Made by a program: the position numbers and the translations under genes
From: Macrostomum lignano
Taxonomy: Eukaryota
NCBI GenBank assembly: GCA_002269645.1
Contig: NIVC01005028.1
Location: 1 to 28,325, forward strand
Reading direction: 5' to 3'
DNA: 28,325 nucleotides
Shown here: piece by piece, positions 10,427 to 19,979 of the stretch
Position numbering within the stretch: the stretch's first letter is position 1
Layout: every line of letters starts with the position of its first letter
Notes under the pieces: model-generated
What the model was told of the DNA's origin: nothing
What the model saw: the letters and a program-made list of their open reading frames with translations, nothing else
The model's database searches: none

Positions 10427-10499
10427 CTGGCCCGCAGTCATGCGCTAAGTTATCAATCTGGCCCTTGACGGCTTGAAGTAAAAGTTTTGCCGACGCCTA
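10427..10499 (-). mobile_element. hAT-like (Charlie/MER58-type) terminus
   Basis: Reverse complement TAGGCGTCGGCAAAACTTTT...AAGGGCCAGAT...TGCGGGCCAG follows the layout of MER58-like hAT ends. Confidence 0.6.
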
Positions 10500-10961
10500 A
10501 GTTAGTGCTACAAGCAAACTGAAACAAGCAAGGAACTATAATGATACTTACCTTCTGCGTCACTCGAAAATTTGTAATGAAATTAGAAAGTGTAGAAAAA
10601 TAGTGAAAGAGTTGAAGTAGAAAGTTTGTAAGAAAATTATTGAGTAAGAGAGTAGGAAGGAAATTGAGCTGGAGTTAGAACTGAAGACTGACGTGTTTTA
10701 GACTGAAGAGACTGCAGACTGCAGAGTTAGAGATCGAGCTTTCAAACCGGTTCAAACCGGTTTATACTAGACAGATTGCTTTGTCTGCTTTCTGGGAATT
10801 TTCCACGTCCTATTTTCCATTAAGGTGGTTACTGTTTACGGGAAGTGAAGAAAGAGACTCCGTGCACCTTAGAGGACATCTGAGTTCGCATCTCCTCATC
10901 CAATGGCAGCTGACCAATGCTTCGACGACAAGGCCAATGAAAAAAGCTCGTCCCGTTTAGT

Positions 10962-11239
10962 TTAACAAAAGAAAACATTTTCATTGCTAGAGCGCTGTTG
11001 TGTCTGTAGGTTAGTTGGACCAGCTTCTCTACGGCAATTGAGTTGCAGGCCTTGCAGCTAGCTACTTTGAGATCATCAAACAAAACTCACTTTTTTGGAC
11101 TCGGTGTCGACGGATTTGCGAGCAGACTGACGATTTTCACCAGGCGATGCGGCCTTCTTCGATTTCGCAATGGCTTTTTGCGACAGTGTTTTTTTGTTTT
11201 TAACTTAGGCTTGGCGTCCTTTCTTTTGCGGCTCATCAT
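10962..11239 (-). pseudogene. Putative two-exon Lys-rich gene fragment, unidentified
   Basis: MMSRKRKDAKPKLKTKK/TLSQKAIAKSKKAASPGENRQSARKSVDTESKK (needs one extra A in an A7 run); donor AAA|GTGAGT at 11090, CTAAC branch site and CAG acceptor at 11004; exon 2 stops after 13 codons. Confidence 0.3.
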
Positions 11240-12288
11240 ATCTTGTTTATAGATTACAGTTTTGGCACAATAAATTTATATATGGATGAAATTTAGAGTA
11301 TGAATTAACATTAGACCTAATAAGTATAAATAAAATCAGTTCTAATTTATACAATTACAATTTTTTAAAGTTATACAGTATAGATTATAAGTACTTTCTT
11401 TTAAACTGTCTGTGTCTGGTCTAACTACGCCATGGTTTACGGCGACCACCCGCTTAGACATTATAAATCCCTTTGTCCACTTTCTTATCTTCAGAACCGG
11501 TTGGCTGCGGTAGTAGTAGGGCGAATTATGATACTGCCGCACTAGCACTGGCGAGATAGGCGGCAATGCAAATGTATAGGGAAAAATACACTGCGGAGAA
11601 ATGAGCCCTATCTCTGTGCATTGGGGACGGCTAAACATTGCAGAGATACGAGGGGTGGCCAATCTCTGTGCTCTGTGTTAGGGTAAGGTTAAAAAGTTTT
11701 ACAACTGCACAGTGGACGGCTGGTGTTGCTTACCTGGATAAGGGTACGGGGGAACACACTAATTACAGCCGGTGGCCTCTATAACGGTAAAGTAATTATT
11801 ACCTGAGCATGGCTGGATGTTCATATACGAAATGATAAGGAGAGGGCATGCATGTAAAAATTACTATATAAGCAGCCACGCAAGTACAAATAAACAAACA
11901 GTCATAAACAAATTGTATAAAAGGATTTTTAAAAACCTTACTACTTCTAAAAAACAACTCTTTCAAAATGAAAACTTTTTAAAGTTGTCATAGAGACCTC
12001 TATGAGGCCTGTATAAGCTGCGAAGTGTGCCTGCTTGGAGGCGTGTCGCCAAGACACCACGAGAATGAGAACTGTCTGGTCTCATGCTGGTTGGCATGCG
12101 ACCAGTGCGGCACCGTCGAAGCTCTGCAGGAGGGAAAAATTCCAGCATATCATCGAGGACACAGGATCGTCAGCGATGACAAGAAAAAGCAAGAAATTAA
12201 CCGCTAGAAAGTAATCCGCGCCATCAAGAAGAGCAAAGAGAGAGAAAAGAAAAGCCAGCAGAAAAAGGGAGCCAGCAGGAGTCTGCTA

Positions 12289-13715
12289 TCAGCTCACTTG
12301 AGTCAAGTCATTGACATGAGAAAATCTGCGTAGCCCTGGAAAGCAGAACCAATCTCCAACCGCAGATTTTTTGTCAGCTGGTGCCTTCGGAAGTGCGGCC
12401 AAACAAACCTTGATGGTGTTGGGATGCGTTTCTCCGGGCACCACAGCCAGCAGCTGGCGAAAGTCGCCAGCCAGCACCAGCAGCGCTCCTCCGAACGGCC
12501 GGTCGTTGCGCAGCAGATCCCACAGAGACCGCTCGACCATCTCCAGTTCCTTGCGATGCGTCATCGGCGCTTCGTCCCAAACAATGAGCTGCGTATGCCG
12601 CAGCATCTCAGCCAGCTTGCTCCGTCGGCCGATGGAACAGAAAGTATTGTCGAGACGCACCGCGCTGACGGGGATCTTGAACCTGGGCAGGTTGAGACAG
12701 CATTTTATATGCAGAGAAAATACTCGTAATACAATTTGCAGAAGTACTGCGTGTACAAACATGTAAGCTTGTTTATATTGAAGTCATATCTTCAATGAAA
12801 AATACAGAAAATGGCTTATCCTGTAAAAATATTTGATGTCATTAATCTAAGTTATTTTGACATTTTAATTTCTTAGTAAACAGTTTAAAGACAAGTCACA
12901 TGGAGTGTGCGGTCCTTCCCCCGGGACGAATGGTTGCCGCAATTCGAAACGACGCCACGGCAACAGCGATCTGACGCCTTGCTCGAACGCACATTAGCAG
13001 CAACGTCAGCAAGAACGTCTTTCCTGTTCCGCCGGGGGCATCGATAAAATGCAGTCCACCTCCGCCGGTCTCCAGATTGGCCTGCACGGCCTCAAAAATG
13101 ACTCGCTGCTCTTCAGTAAGCATGTCGATCTGGGCCTCGACTTCCGCGTGGAGCTCAGCGGCTTCTTGCGGTGTCGGCAGGCAGTCGGAATGCGGCGACT
13201 CTGAGAAAAAAAGCCTTCCGGACTTAGAATGTCGCCATGTCGCTGCCCTTAGTTATGTACTTGACGACATACTTTATCGCCTTGTCTGTCGCGCAGATCT
13301 CGACGTTCAGGTGACACCTAAACTCGCGCAGCAGCGCAGGGCAGTACGGCACCACCCAGCGGTTGTCAAAGGTGAAATTCGCCTTGTGACCGCCACGCAA
13401 CTTTGCCACCTTCTTCACCGATAAGCCGCCCATCTCGGTTGATCTGCGACGATAGTGCGGGTAGCCGTCCTCTTGAATCATCGTCACTGCCTGGAATTCT
13501 CTCGGATAGCGCTTGCTGCATGCGCCATTCTCCATGCATGACGCGGCTGGATTCAGCTGCATTCCACAGAGACCATGCAGGAGATTCTCAGCGACAAGCT
13601 TGTGCAGGTCCGCGTCGGCAACGGGGTCCGGGAGTTCTGCACTGATGATGGCGTCATACTTATCCGGCTTCAGCTTGACAGCCAACCAAAGCAGTGCGTC
13701 CACGTGGGGAAGACC
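12289..13715 (-). mobile_element. Helitron RepHel remnant A (HUH Rep plus PIF1-like helicase), spliced and internally deleted
   Basis: Rep: GLPHVDALLWL, ISAELPDP, CSKRYPREF, GYPHYRRR, DNRWVVPY, HLNVEIC, IKYVVKYITKGSD. Helicase: FIDAPGGTGKTF, GGRTAHSM|FKIP (intron 12899-12683), IVWDEAPM, PFGG..LAGDFRQLL. The Rep-helicase linker and helicase C-terminal half are missing. Confidence 0.93.
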
Positions 13716-13920
13716 TACGAGGGCACTACGAAAGTTTTTAGCTACATCTAAACAAGCAGCTATGAAACTGAAATTTTCAATATTCTCCACCTGCCTGGAT
13801 GCAGAGCCTTATTCTCTCAAACCAGGTGACAAAGCAGTGGTGCCATTCAGAAGTGGACACCCCTTTCACTATCTTGTCGAATGCATTAGCAGCCTCCTCT
13901 GCAGTCGAAAATCGCCATTT
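13716..13920 (-). mobile_element. mariner (Tc1/mariner) 3' remnant with one TIR and a flanking TA
   Basis: KWRFSTAEEAANAFDKIVKGVSTSEWHHCFVTWFERIRLCIQAGGEY is a typical mariner transposase C-terminus; terminus TA|CGAGGGCACTACGAAAGTTTTT (13716-13740) is irritans-like. The other TIR was not found. Confidence 0.8.
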
Positions 13921-14253
13921 CTAATAAAAGGCAATACAGAGGGGACAGTTTTAAAAGTCTTTTAACAAAAACGCCTTTTGAAATTCATTTGAATCCTATT
14001 CCTACCTACATCAATAGACGAATGAATATAATGGACTGCTAGTCTAGCCAACATCAAGGAATGAAGGCATACAATAGATTGCTAATCTAGTCAAAATAAT
14101 TTATAAAAGCCGAACATACACTACAGTGCTACACAATTGCCTATAGAATTCTCTATTTTTCAATATTCTATACTATTATGTCTATTTTACATATAATAAT
14201 ATTGTATACTGTGTCTATACAATAAATTCAAGTATAGATACAATGCAACTCAC

Positions 14254-14681
14254 TCTTGCAGGCGTACGTTTTGAAGGTCGCTTATTCGCGTTTAGTTACA
14301 CGCCCGTTCACTAACAGTCGGAACTTCATTGCTTCGAAATATTGATCCCTTGGAGTCAACAGAAAGAGACACCTCCATAGGATTATTCGTGCTGTTGTAT
14401 CTCGGATCCAAAGTCTTTACCATTCCGCCGGCTATCCGAACAGCATCGGAAGTATTGCAAACTTCCCAAATAGACCGCAGGTCCTTGCCGAAAACGCTGA
14501 CTCTCATCTCAGCCAAGTCGTCTACCAAGACGAATGAAAAAACTTCGCTTCGGACGTCGTTCTTCATGTAGGACCTGATCTCCTTCAAATCGGTTACAAG
14601 GCCAGTAACCGCCGCATTCATGTAGCCCAGTTTCAGGCCAGAGATATTTGCCTTAATCTTCTTGGTGATTGTAGACGCCAT
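14254..14681 (-). pseudogene. RPA70-like OB-fold ssDNA-binding protein gene (DBD-A plus start of DBD-B), probably Helitron-borne
   Basis: AVTGLVTDLKEIRSY..SEVFSFVLVDDLAEMRVSVFG..VRIAGGMVKTLDPRYNSTNNPMEV follows the RPA70 DBD-A pattern. Past TAA (14292-14294) the frame continues TRISDLQN (cf. FTGIDDLEN at the start of human DBD-B) to a GA|GTGAGT donor at 14253. Confidence 0.75.
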
Positions 14682-15587
14682 TGTAGCTTAGTTGTTCAGT
14701 TTAACAGTTTTAACAAAGTAGAAACAAAACTTAGAAAATAGAAAGAGCTTCTAGAAATGTTGCAGTGCAAAATACTTCAGTAGAAATAGCAGGTTAAACT
14801 CACAGTTTGCAATACATTTCGATTTAAATAGTCAAGCCCACACCCCAATCACCAGCAGTCAACCCCAACCCCACACAACTAAACAGCCAATCAGAACACA
14901 GATAACCCTCCCTCCCTGTGCAATCTCTTCGTTTCCAGACTAAATCGGCTGGGGTTGGTGGACTCTGGACCTTGTGGCGTGATCACACGACGCTAATTGA
15001 ACTCCCACGACCAACCCCTCGTTGTCTGCGACTTATCGTTTTTCACACTCATGAAAAGCAGCATAAACTTTCTTAGTCATTTATCCAGTTCATCTGAACT
15101 TGTCTGTGCTTACTCCATTTTCTCACCCTTCTCTATCTAATTTAGTCTTCTTATTCTTTTCTCTGTTTATACTCGCCGTCTCATTAGCTCTATAATCTCG
15201 CGCCTATCTCCACCACCCCTCCTAATTCTTACTTGCAATCAACCCTAACCTTGGAGTTTACACCTAAGTCATTGCAATGACTAAGAAAGTAGCAACAATT
15301 AAAAAGTTCAGGGTATTCTGTGTTGTTTACCGCTTCAAACTGGTTTTGATTCAATCTCCCCAGGCCCAGCTTGGCTTAAGTCACCCAACCAAAACTGTGC
15401 TCTCACCTCTTCTCTCTGTCAGTGTGAGCTTCACCCCTCAGCCGTGCATGGCTTAGCCCCAACCCGTCTAGCCACTGCCGTCACTCTTGCTTAGCTTCAT
15501 TTGTCCACCTCAGCCCTGAGTGGCTAATCCCCACACGACAGAGCTAATCGGGTTGGGCCAGCACCAACCCACCCCAGAAAGTTTTGC

Positions 15588-15613
15588 TATATATATATAT
15601 ATATATATATATA
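15588..15613. repeat. (TA)13 microsatellite
   Basis: Direct reading. Confidence 0.95.
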
Positions 15614-15727
15614 AAGAACAAATATATATATATTGTAGATTCTTACTCTACGCCAACTTAAGATATCCAAAAAATATAGTAAATTAAGATTTAGAATATT
15701 CGGATAAAACAATCTTTATATATTAAC

Positions 15728-16192
15728 ATGAAAGTAACCATAATCGAAAAAGGGCAGCAGCGCCGCCCGCGCCATCCCCGAAAACGTAAGTATTGCATAC
15801 ACTGTTGGTTACTACTTCCATATATTGTCATCTAATCACCAACCTCCTAGAACTTGCTTTCTTTCTTCCTCTTGACCAATCTTATGAATTGTTTCAAGGA
15901 ACCGATTCTGAGTTTAATTACGTACTTACGTACAAAACATACATGAAAACATGTACATTTATAAAAAAAACTGTCAGTATCACCATACCTTTCTTCTTTC
16001 ACAGCCATAAAATGCTACTTCTGCGGTGGCCCGCATCGGGTGGCCCGCTGCGACGCAATTAAAGAGTACTACCAACACCAGCAAGAACAGCAGCAGCAAC
16101 AGCAACAGAACCAGCAGGAGCAACCACGGGAAACGGAGGAGCAACCATCGCAGCAAGAAAGTCAGCAACAGCAGCAAAAAAAGCAGCTCTAA
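15728..16192 (+). CDS. Intact two-exon 81-aa microprotein: Arg-rich N-terminus, CCHC zinc knuckle (CX2CX3HX4C) and polyQ/Glu tail; exons 15728-15785 and 16005-16192
   Basis: AACATG start; phase-1 intron C|GTAAGT...TTTCTTCTTTCACAG|CC. Product MKVTIIEKGQQRRPRHPRKPIKCYFCGGPHRVARCDAIKEYYQHQQEQQQQQQQNQQEQPRETEEQPSQQESQQQQQKKQL*. AATAAA at 16251. A paralogue with the same intron phase lies at 19980-21892. Confidence 0.75.
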
Positions 16193-16760
16193 GACTCTAA
16201 GACTCCCGTCTATCTAACACTAACGAATTCGCACTATCGCACTACTACTAAATAAATTTAACAACTACTACTACTTTGGTTTAATTAATTTTGTTCGTTT
16301 AACTAATTTTGGTTTTGGTTTTGCACTACGAGTATAGAACTATAATCTTCATTTAATCAATTAATCATTTGCTATTATTTAACAATTAATCAAACTTTTT
16401 ATAAATTAATTTAACAACAACAAATACTACTACTACTACTACCAGTACCAACTTTCTCTACAACTAATCTCTGAAACCATAGAACTAAAATAGAACAAAT
16501 TAAACTTACTGCATGTACTTAAAACAAAACACTGCAACATGCAAGTACTATATTGATCACTCGCACTAACATGTACACTTAAAGTAATCTAACTAACCAA
16601 AATATCCGAATGGCTGACAATAAATTTACAGTAAACTTTCCTGCTTGAACTTCACACGCGTAACTTTTCCTAAATTAGGGGTGTAGTAAGATACCAGTCC
16701 TTTTCTCTGCGTACTCAGACAAAGAACAAGGAAACTCTGCACTGTAATTTTAATAGCGAA

Positions 16761-17530
16761 TTATCAAGTGCAATAATCCTTGGTTTGCCAAGTGCAATAA
16801 TCCTTAGCTTATTAAGAGCAATAATCCTTGGTTTATTAAGTGCAATAATCCTTATTGGTTTGCCAAGTGCAATAGTCCTTAGCTTATTAAGAGCAATAAT
16901 CCTTGGTTTATCAAGTGCAATAATCCTTATTAGTTTGCCAAGTGCAATAGTACTTAGCTTATTTAGAGCGATAATCCTTGGTTTATCAAGCGCAGTAATC
17001 CTTGGTTTATCAAGTGCAGTAATCCTTGGTTTATCAAGTGCAGTAATCCTTGGTTTATCAAGTGCAGTAATCCTTGGCTTATCAAGCGCAGCAATCCTTG
17101 GTTTATCAAGTGCAGTAATCCTTGGCTTATCAAGTGCAGTAATCCTTGGCTTATCAAGCGCAGTAATCTAAGTGATTTTAATTAGTCTTTCAATAAGAGC
17201 TCTCAATAAAAAAGCTTTGGTTTGCCAAGTGCAATAGTCCTTAGCTTATTAAGAGCAATAATCCTTGGTTTATTGACAGCAATAATCCTTGGTTTATTAA
17301 TAGCAATAATCCTTGGCTTATCGAGTGCAGTGATCCTTGGTTTATTAATAGCAATAATCCTTGGCTTATCAAGTGCAGTAATCCTTGGTTTAGTAATAGC
17401 AATAATCCTTGGCTTATCGAGTGCAGTAATCCTTGGTTTATCAATAGCAATAATCCTTGGCTTCTTGAGTGCAGTAATCCTTGGTTTATTAAGAGCAATA
17501 ATCCTTGGCTTATGGAGTGCAGTAATCTAA
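16761..17530. repeat. 24-bp minisatellite (AGTGCAGTAATCCTTGGTTTATCA consensus) in two duplicated blocks
   Basis: Roughly 30 degenerate units. The blocks (about 16761-17170 and 17215-17530) share a start variant and end with the same GCAGTAATCTAAGTG..TTT..TTAG..TTT.AATAA cap. Confidence 0.95.
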
Positions 17531-17939
17531 GTGTTTTTATTTAGCTTTTAATAAAAAAAGCAGTCTGGTCTGTTCAGCTCTAGGCTAGCTCTCATCGAAG
17601 TTATCAGTGAATTTGTACCACTTATATAATTCAACACTCACACAAAGTCAGGTAGAGTAAAAAGTCACGAAGCAGTTATGACATAATCAATTTCTTAGGC
17701 AAGTCAGTACCAGTCTCTATAAAAGTTAACAATATGGTTACGCAATATAAATTGAGTACTGTGCTATGCTTTCACACTCAACGCTGTGACGCAATTCAAT
17801 TGAGTGTCTTGTGTATTGTGATGCAATCTATTTTAGAATCAGAATTCAACCAGTCAGTTTTTCTGCTAGCATTCTTACAATGCATTTCGATGCTTTACCT
17901 TTGCAAAAAAGCATGTTTTTCGAATATTTAATCCCTTTA

Positions 17940-18155
17940 GCATCGAGAAATTTCTTAGCTACGATGCATGTACCGTCACGGAAAAATTTCTGATCGAATG
18001 GTGCAAGTTCGAAGAAAATCGGTTGAGCCATTTTTGCTAAAATCGATCACACACACACACACACACATACCGACAGACCATTTTTAGTATATGGAAAAAA
18101 AAAGTTTTGATTTTTAGTAAATTGGATGGATATAGTTTTCATTTTTAGTATATGA
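17940..18155 (-). mobile_element. Helitron 5' terminus (TC start) with internal (TG)n microsatellite
   Basis: Minus strand begins TCATATACTAAAAATG; the motif recurs as TCCATATACTAAAAATG; then (TG)n (18048-18067) and GGCTCAACCGATTTTCTTCGAACTTG, resembling the 5' layout of invertebrate non-autonomous Helitrons. Confidence 0.6.
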
Positions 18156-18187
18156 CTAGCTATTTAAAGCCCCCGTCTTCTGGGGGC
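18156..18187 (-). mobile_element. Helitron 3' terminus: GC-rich hairpin, 9-nt spacer and CTAG
   Basis: Minus strand GCCCCC-AGAAGAC-GGGGGC TTTAAATAG CTAG|T: 6-bp stem, 7-nt loop and CTRR end followed by T. Confidence 0.75.
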
Positions 18188-18319
18188 ATACAGTAATGTG
18201 ATGTAACCCCCTTTAATACTTAAGAACAGAACGGTAATATACGAGTAATAGATTAAATGCTTTTCCGTATCAGTCACTGGCCTAGATGCAGTGAGACGGG
18301 TGCTTCAACCGAATAGATA

Positions 18320-19480
18320 GATCCAACTCAAATTCTTCACCGGCAGATTGACGGCTGTGCCATGGGGAGCCCTTTAGCCCCCACCTTCCCAATCTTTGTC
18401 TGGCTCATTGGGAAGAGGAATTGATGAAGAGTGATGCGGCCCCCAAATTCTATAAGAGATATGTTGATGACACTTTTGGTTTTCAACGAAGGGACTGACT
18501 ATAGCCGATTCTTAGACATTTTCAACAGCACTCATCCGAACATAAAATTCACTGCTGAAGGAGATGGGAAATCTATACCTTTTCTAGACATTCAGATTAA
18601 TGTTGAAAACGATTGTGTCCACCAAAGTTTATCGTAAACCCACCTACACTGGTCTTCTGCTTAACTTCAATGCTCTCTGCCCAACCTAGTGGAAAGTGGG
18701 CCTGCTGCGTTGTATGCTCCACGAAATCTGTAGCACCTGGACTAGTTTCCACGAAGAAATTTGCTCGATTAGCACCTATTTTTCCAAAAAAAACTACCCG
18801 AAACGGTTCCTCGATTACCAAATTAGGAAATTCATTGATGGTAAAGTCAGGAATCCGAACAATATACAGAATAATGAAGAACAGAAAGACCTGACGACTG
18901 ATTACACCCATATTTCCATTCTTTTCTATGGGCCTGCTTCTGTTCATTTTAAAAAGAACCTCATCAAAGCGTTTAATAAGTATTTAAATGTGAAGCTCAT
19001 GGTCACTTTCCGTTGCGAGAAAATCGGTCAATTTGTTAGGAATTTGAAATGCCGCGTTCCCAGCTCCTTACGGGCAGGTGTCGTTTACCAATTTCAATGC
19101 TCTGGTGACCAGAGTATCACCTACATAGGTGAAACTACCCGACACCTGTACATGAGAAGTAGAGAACATAGGCAAAAGATGTCGGCCGTGCACGACCACC
19201 TGATGATATGCAAAGAATGCTGTGACAGCCAAATAGATAAAAAGTTTTCCACCATCCATACATGCTCAAATGAGTACAGACTAAAAGTACTTGAAGCCCT
19301 CATTGCAACTCTGTGAGCGCTCCGTCGGACTGTACAATCTACTGTTAATTTATATACATTTCTGACTTTTATCGACCCGTTTTTAGTCTTAATGTTGAAT
19401 ATAAATGAACAAATAAATCGTTACTAATTTTAATAGCCTGACGATGGCTGACGCGAGGCGAAACAAGTCGCATAAAATGA
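18320..19480 (+). mobile_element. Penelope-like retroelement (RT C-terminal part plus GIY-YIG endonuclease), 5'-truncated and degenerate
   Basis: QIDGCAMGSPLAP, YKRYVDDT, FNSTHPNIKFT, IPFLDI, TKVYRKPTYTG, GVVYQFQCS..TYIGETTRHL..RSREH, RLKVLEAL; several frameshifts and stops. Confidence 0.93.
19426..19478 (+). ncRNA. Minimal type I hammerhead ribozyme of the Penelope terminal repeat (slightly degenerate)
   Basis: CUGACGA core (19438-19444), extra U, stem II GGCU/AGGC (one G.G mismatch, loop GACGCG), GAAA, 2-bp stem III (AC-aa-GU), GUC cleavage triplet (19467-19469), bulged stem I (UUUUAAUAGC / GCAUAAAA). Confidence 0.65.
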
Positions 19481-19879
19481 TATCGCTCACCTTCTTAATT
19501 CTACTTTTAATCAATTATTAGTTGACAGTAGCTCGTAAGATATAAGATATAACATTTGATATGGAAAAAATACTTCTTTGTCTCCACAGCGCACTCGAAT
19601 TTTATTTATGTTCTCGTAGCCTGCAAACATTTGGTCGGAGCACTGCAACACAATTTCATCATGTCCAGATTGGCTCGCATGCTCTGTTGCTTAGGCCGCA
19701 CGGACCGACTCAAAGAGTTGCTGGCTGGACACCGCCTCTTCAAACCATTCTGTCAGATTGGAATCTTTGGCAAGGTGGTAGCGAATTTCAGCGAATAGTC
19801 ATTAAAGACTAATTAAAGTAATTACCAAATAGAACAAAAAATACCGGCCCACTGGCTCAATTCTGCGCTCGTGCGCCCC

Positions 19880-19887
19880 TATAAAAG
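19880..19887 (+). promoter_or_regulatory. Candidate TATA box (TATAAAAG) of the second zinc-knuckle/polyQ gene
   Basis: Consensus TATA about 100 bp upstream of the putative first exon. Confidence 0.4.
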
Positions 19888-19979
19888 ATCGCAATGAGGC
19901 AAGAGCTCTGAGATTACGCTTGTATTTGTTTTCTTCGTCATTAATACTTACATCACCTGAGCAACAGCACCGGCCAGCA

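Noticed and set aside
10544-10553. U1 snRNA-like 5' end (ATACTTACCT)
   Set aside because: No U1 stem-loops or Sm site follow; it is the reverse complement of a consensus splice donor (AG|GTAAGTAT).
10767-10800. CTAG at 10767-10770 as the 3' end of Helitron A
   Set aside because: The adjacent hairpin is short, AT-rich and not correctly spaced; insufficient support.
12025-12207. PHD-finger gene (WLACDQC motif)
   Set aside because: Only one Cys pair fits; the His and final Cys pair are absent and no supporting exon structure was found.
16761-17530. CRISPR array, or real hydrophobic membrane proteins from ORFs 16785..17171 and 17222..17530
   Set aside because: Units are contiguous with no unique spacers, the context is eukaryotic with no cas genes, and the open frames follow from the 24-bp periodicity.
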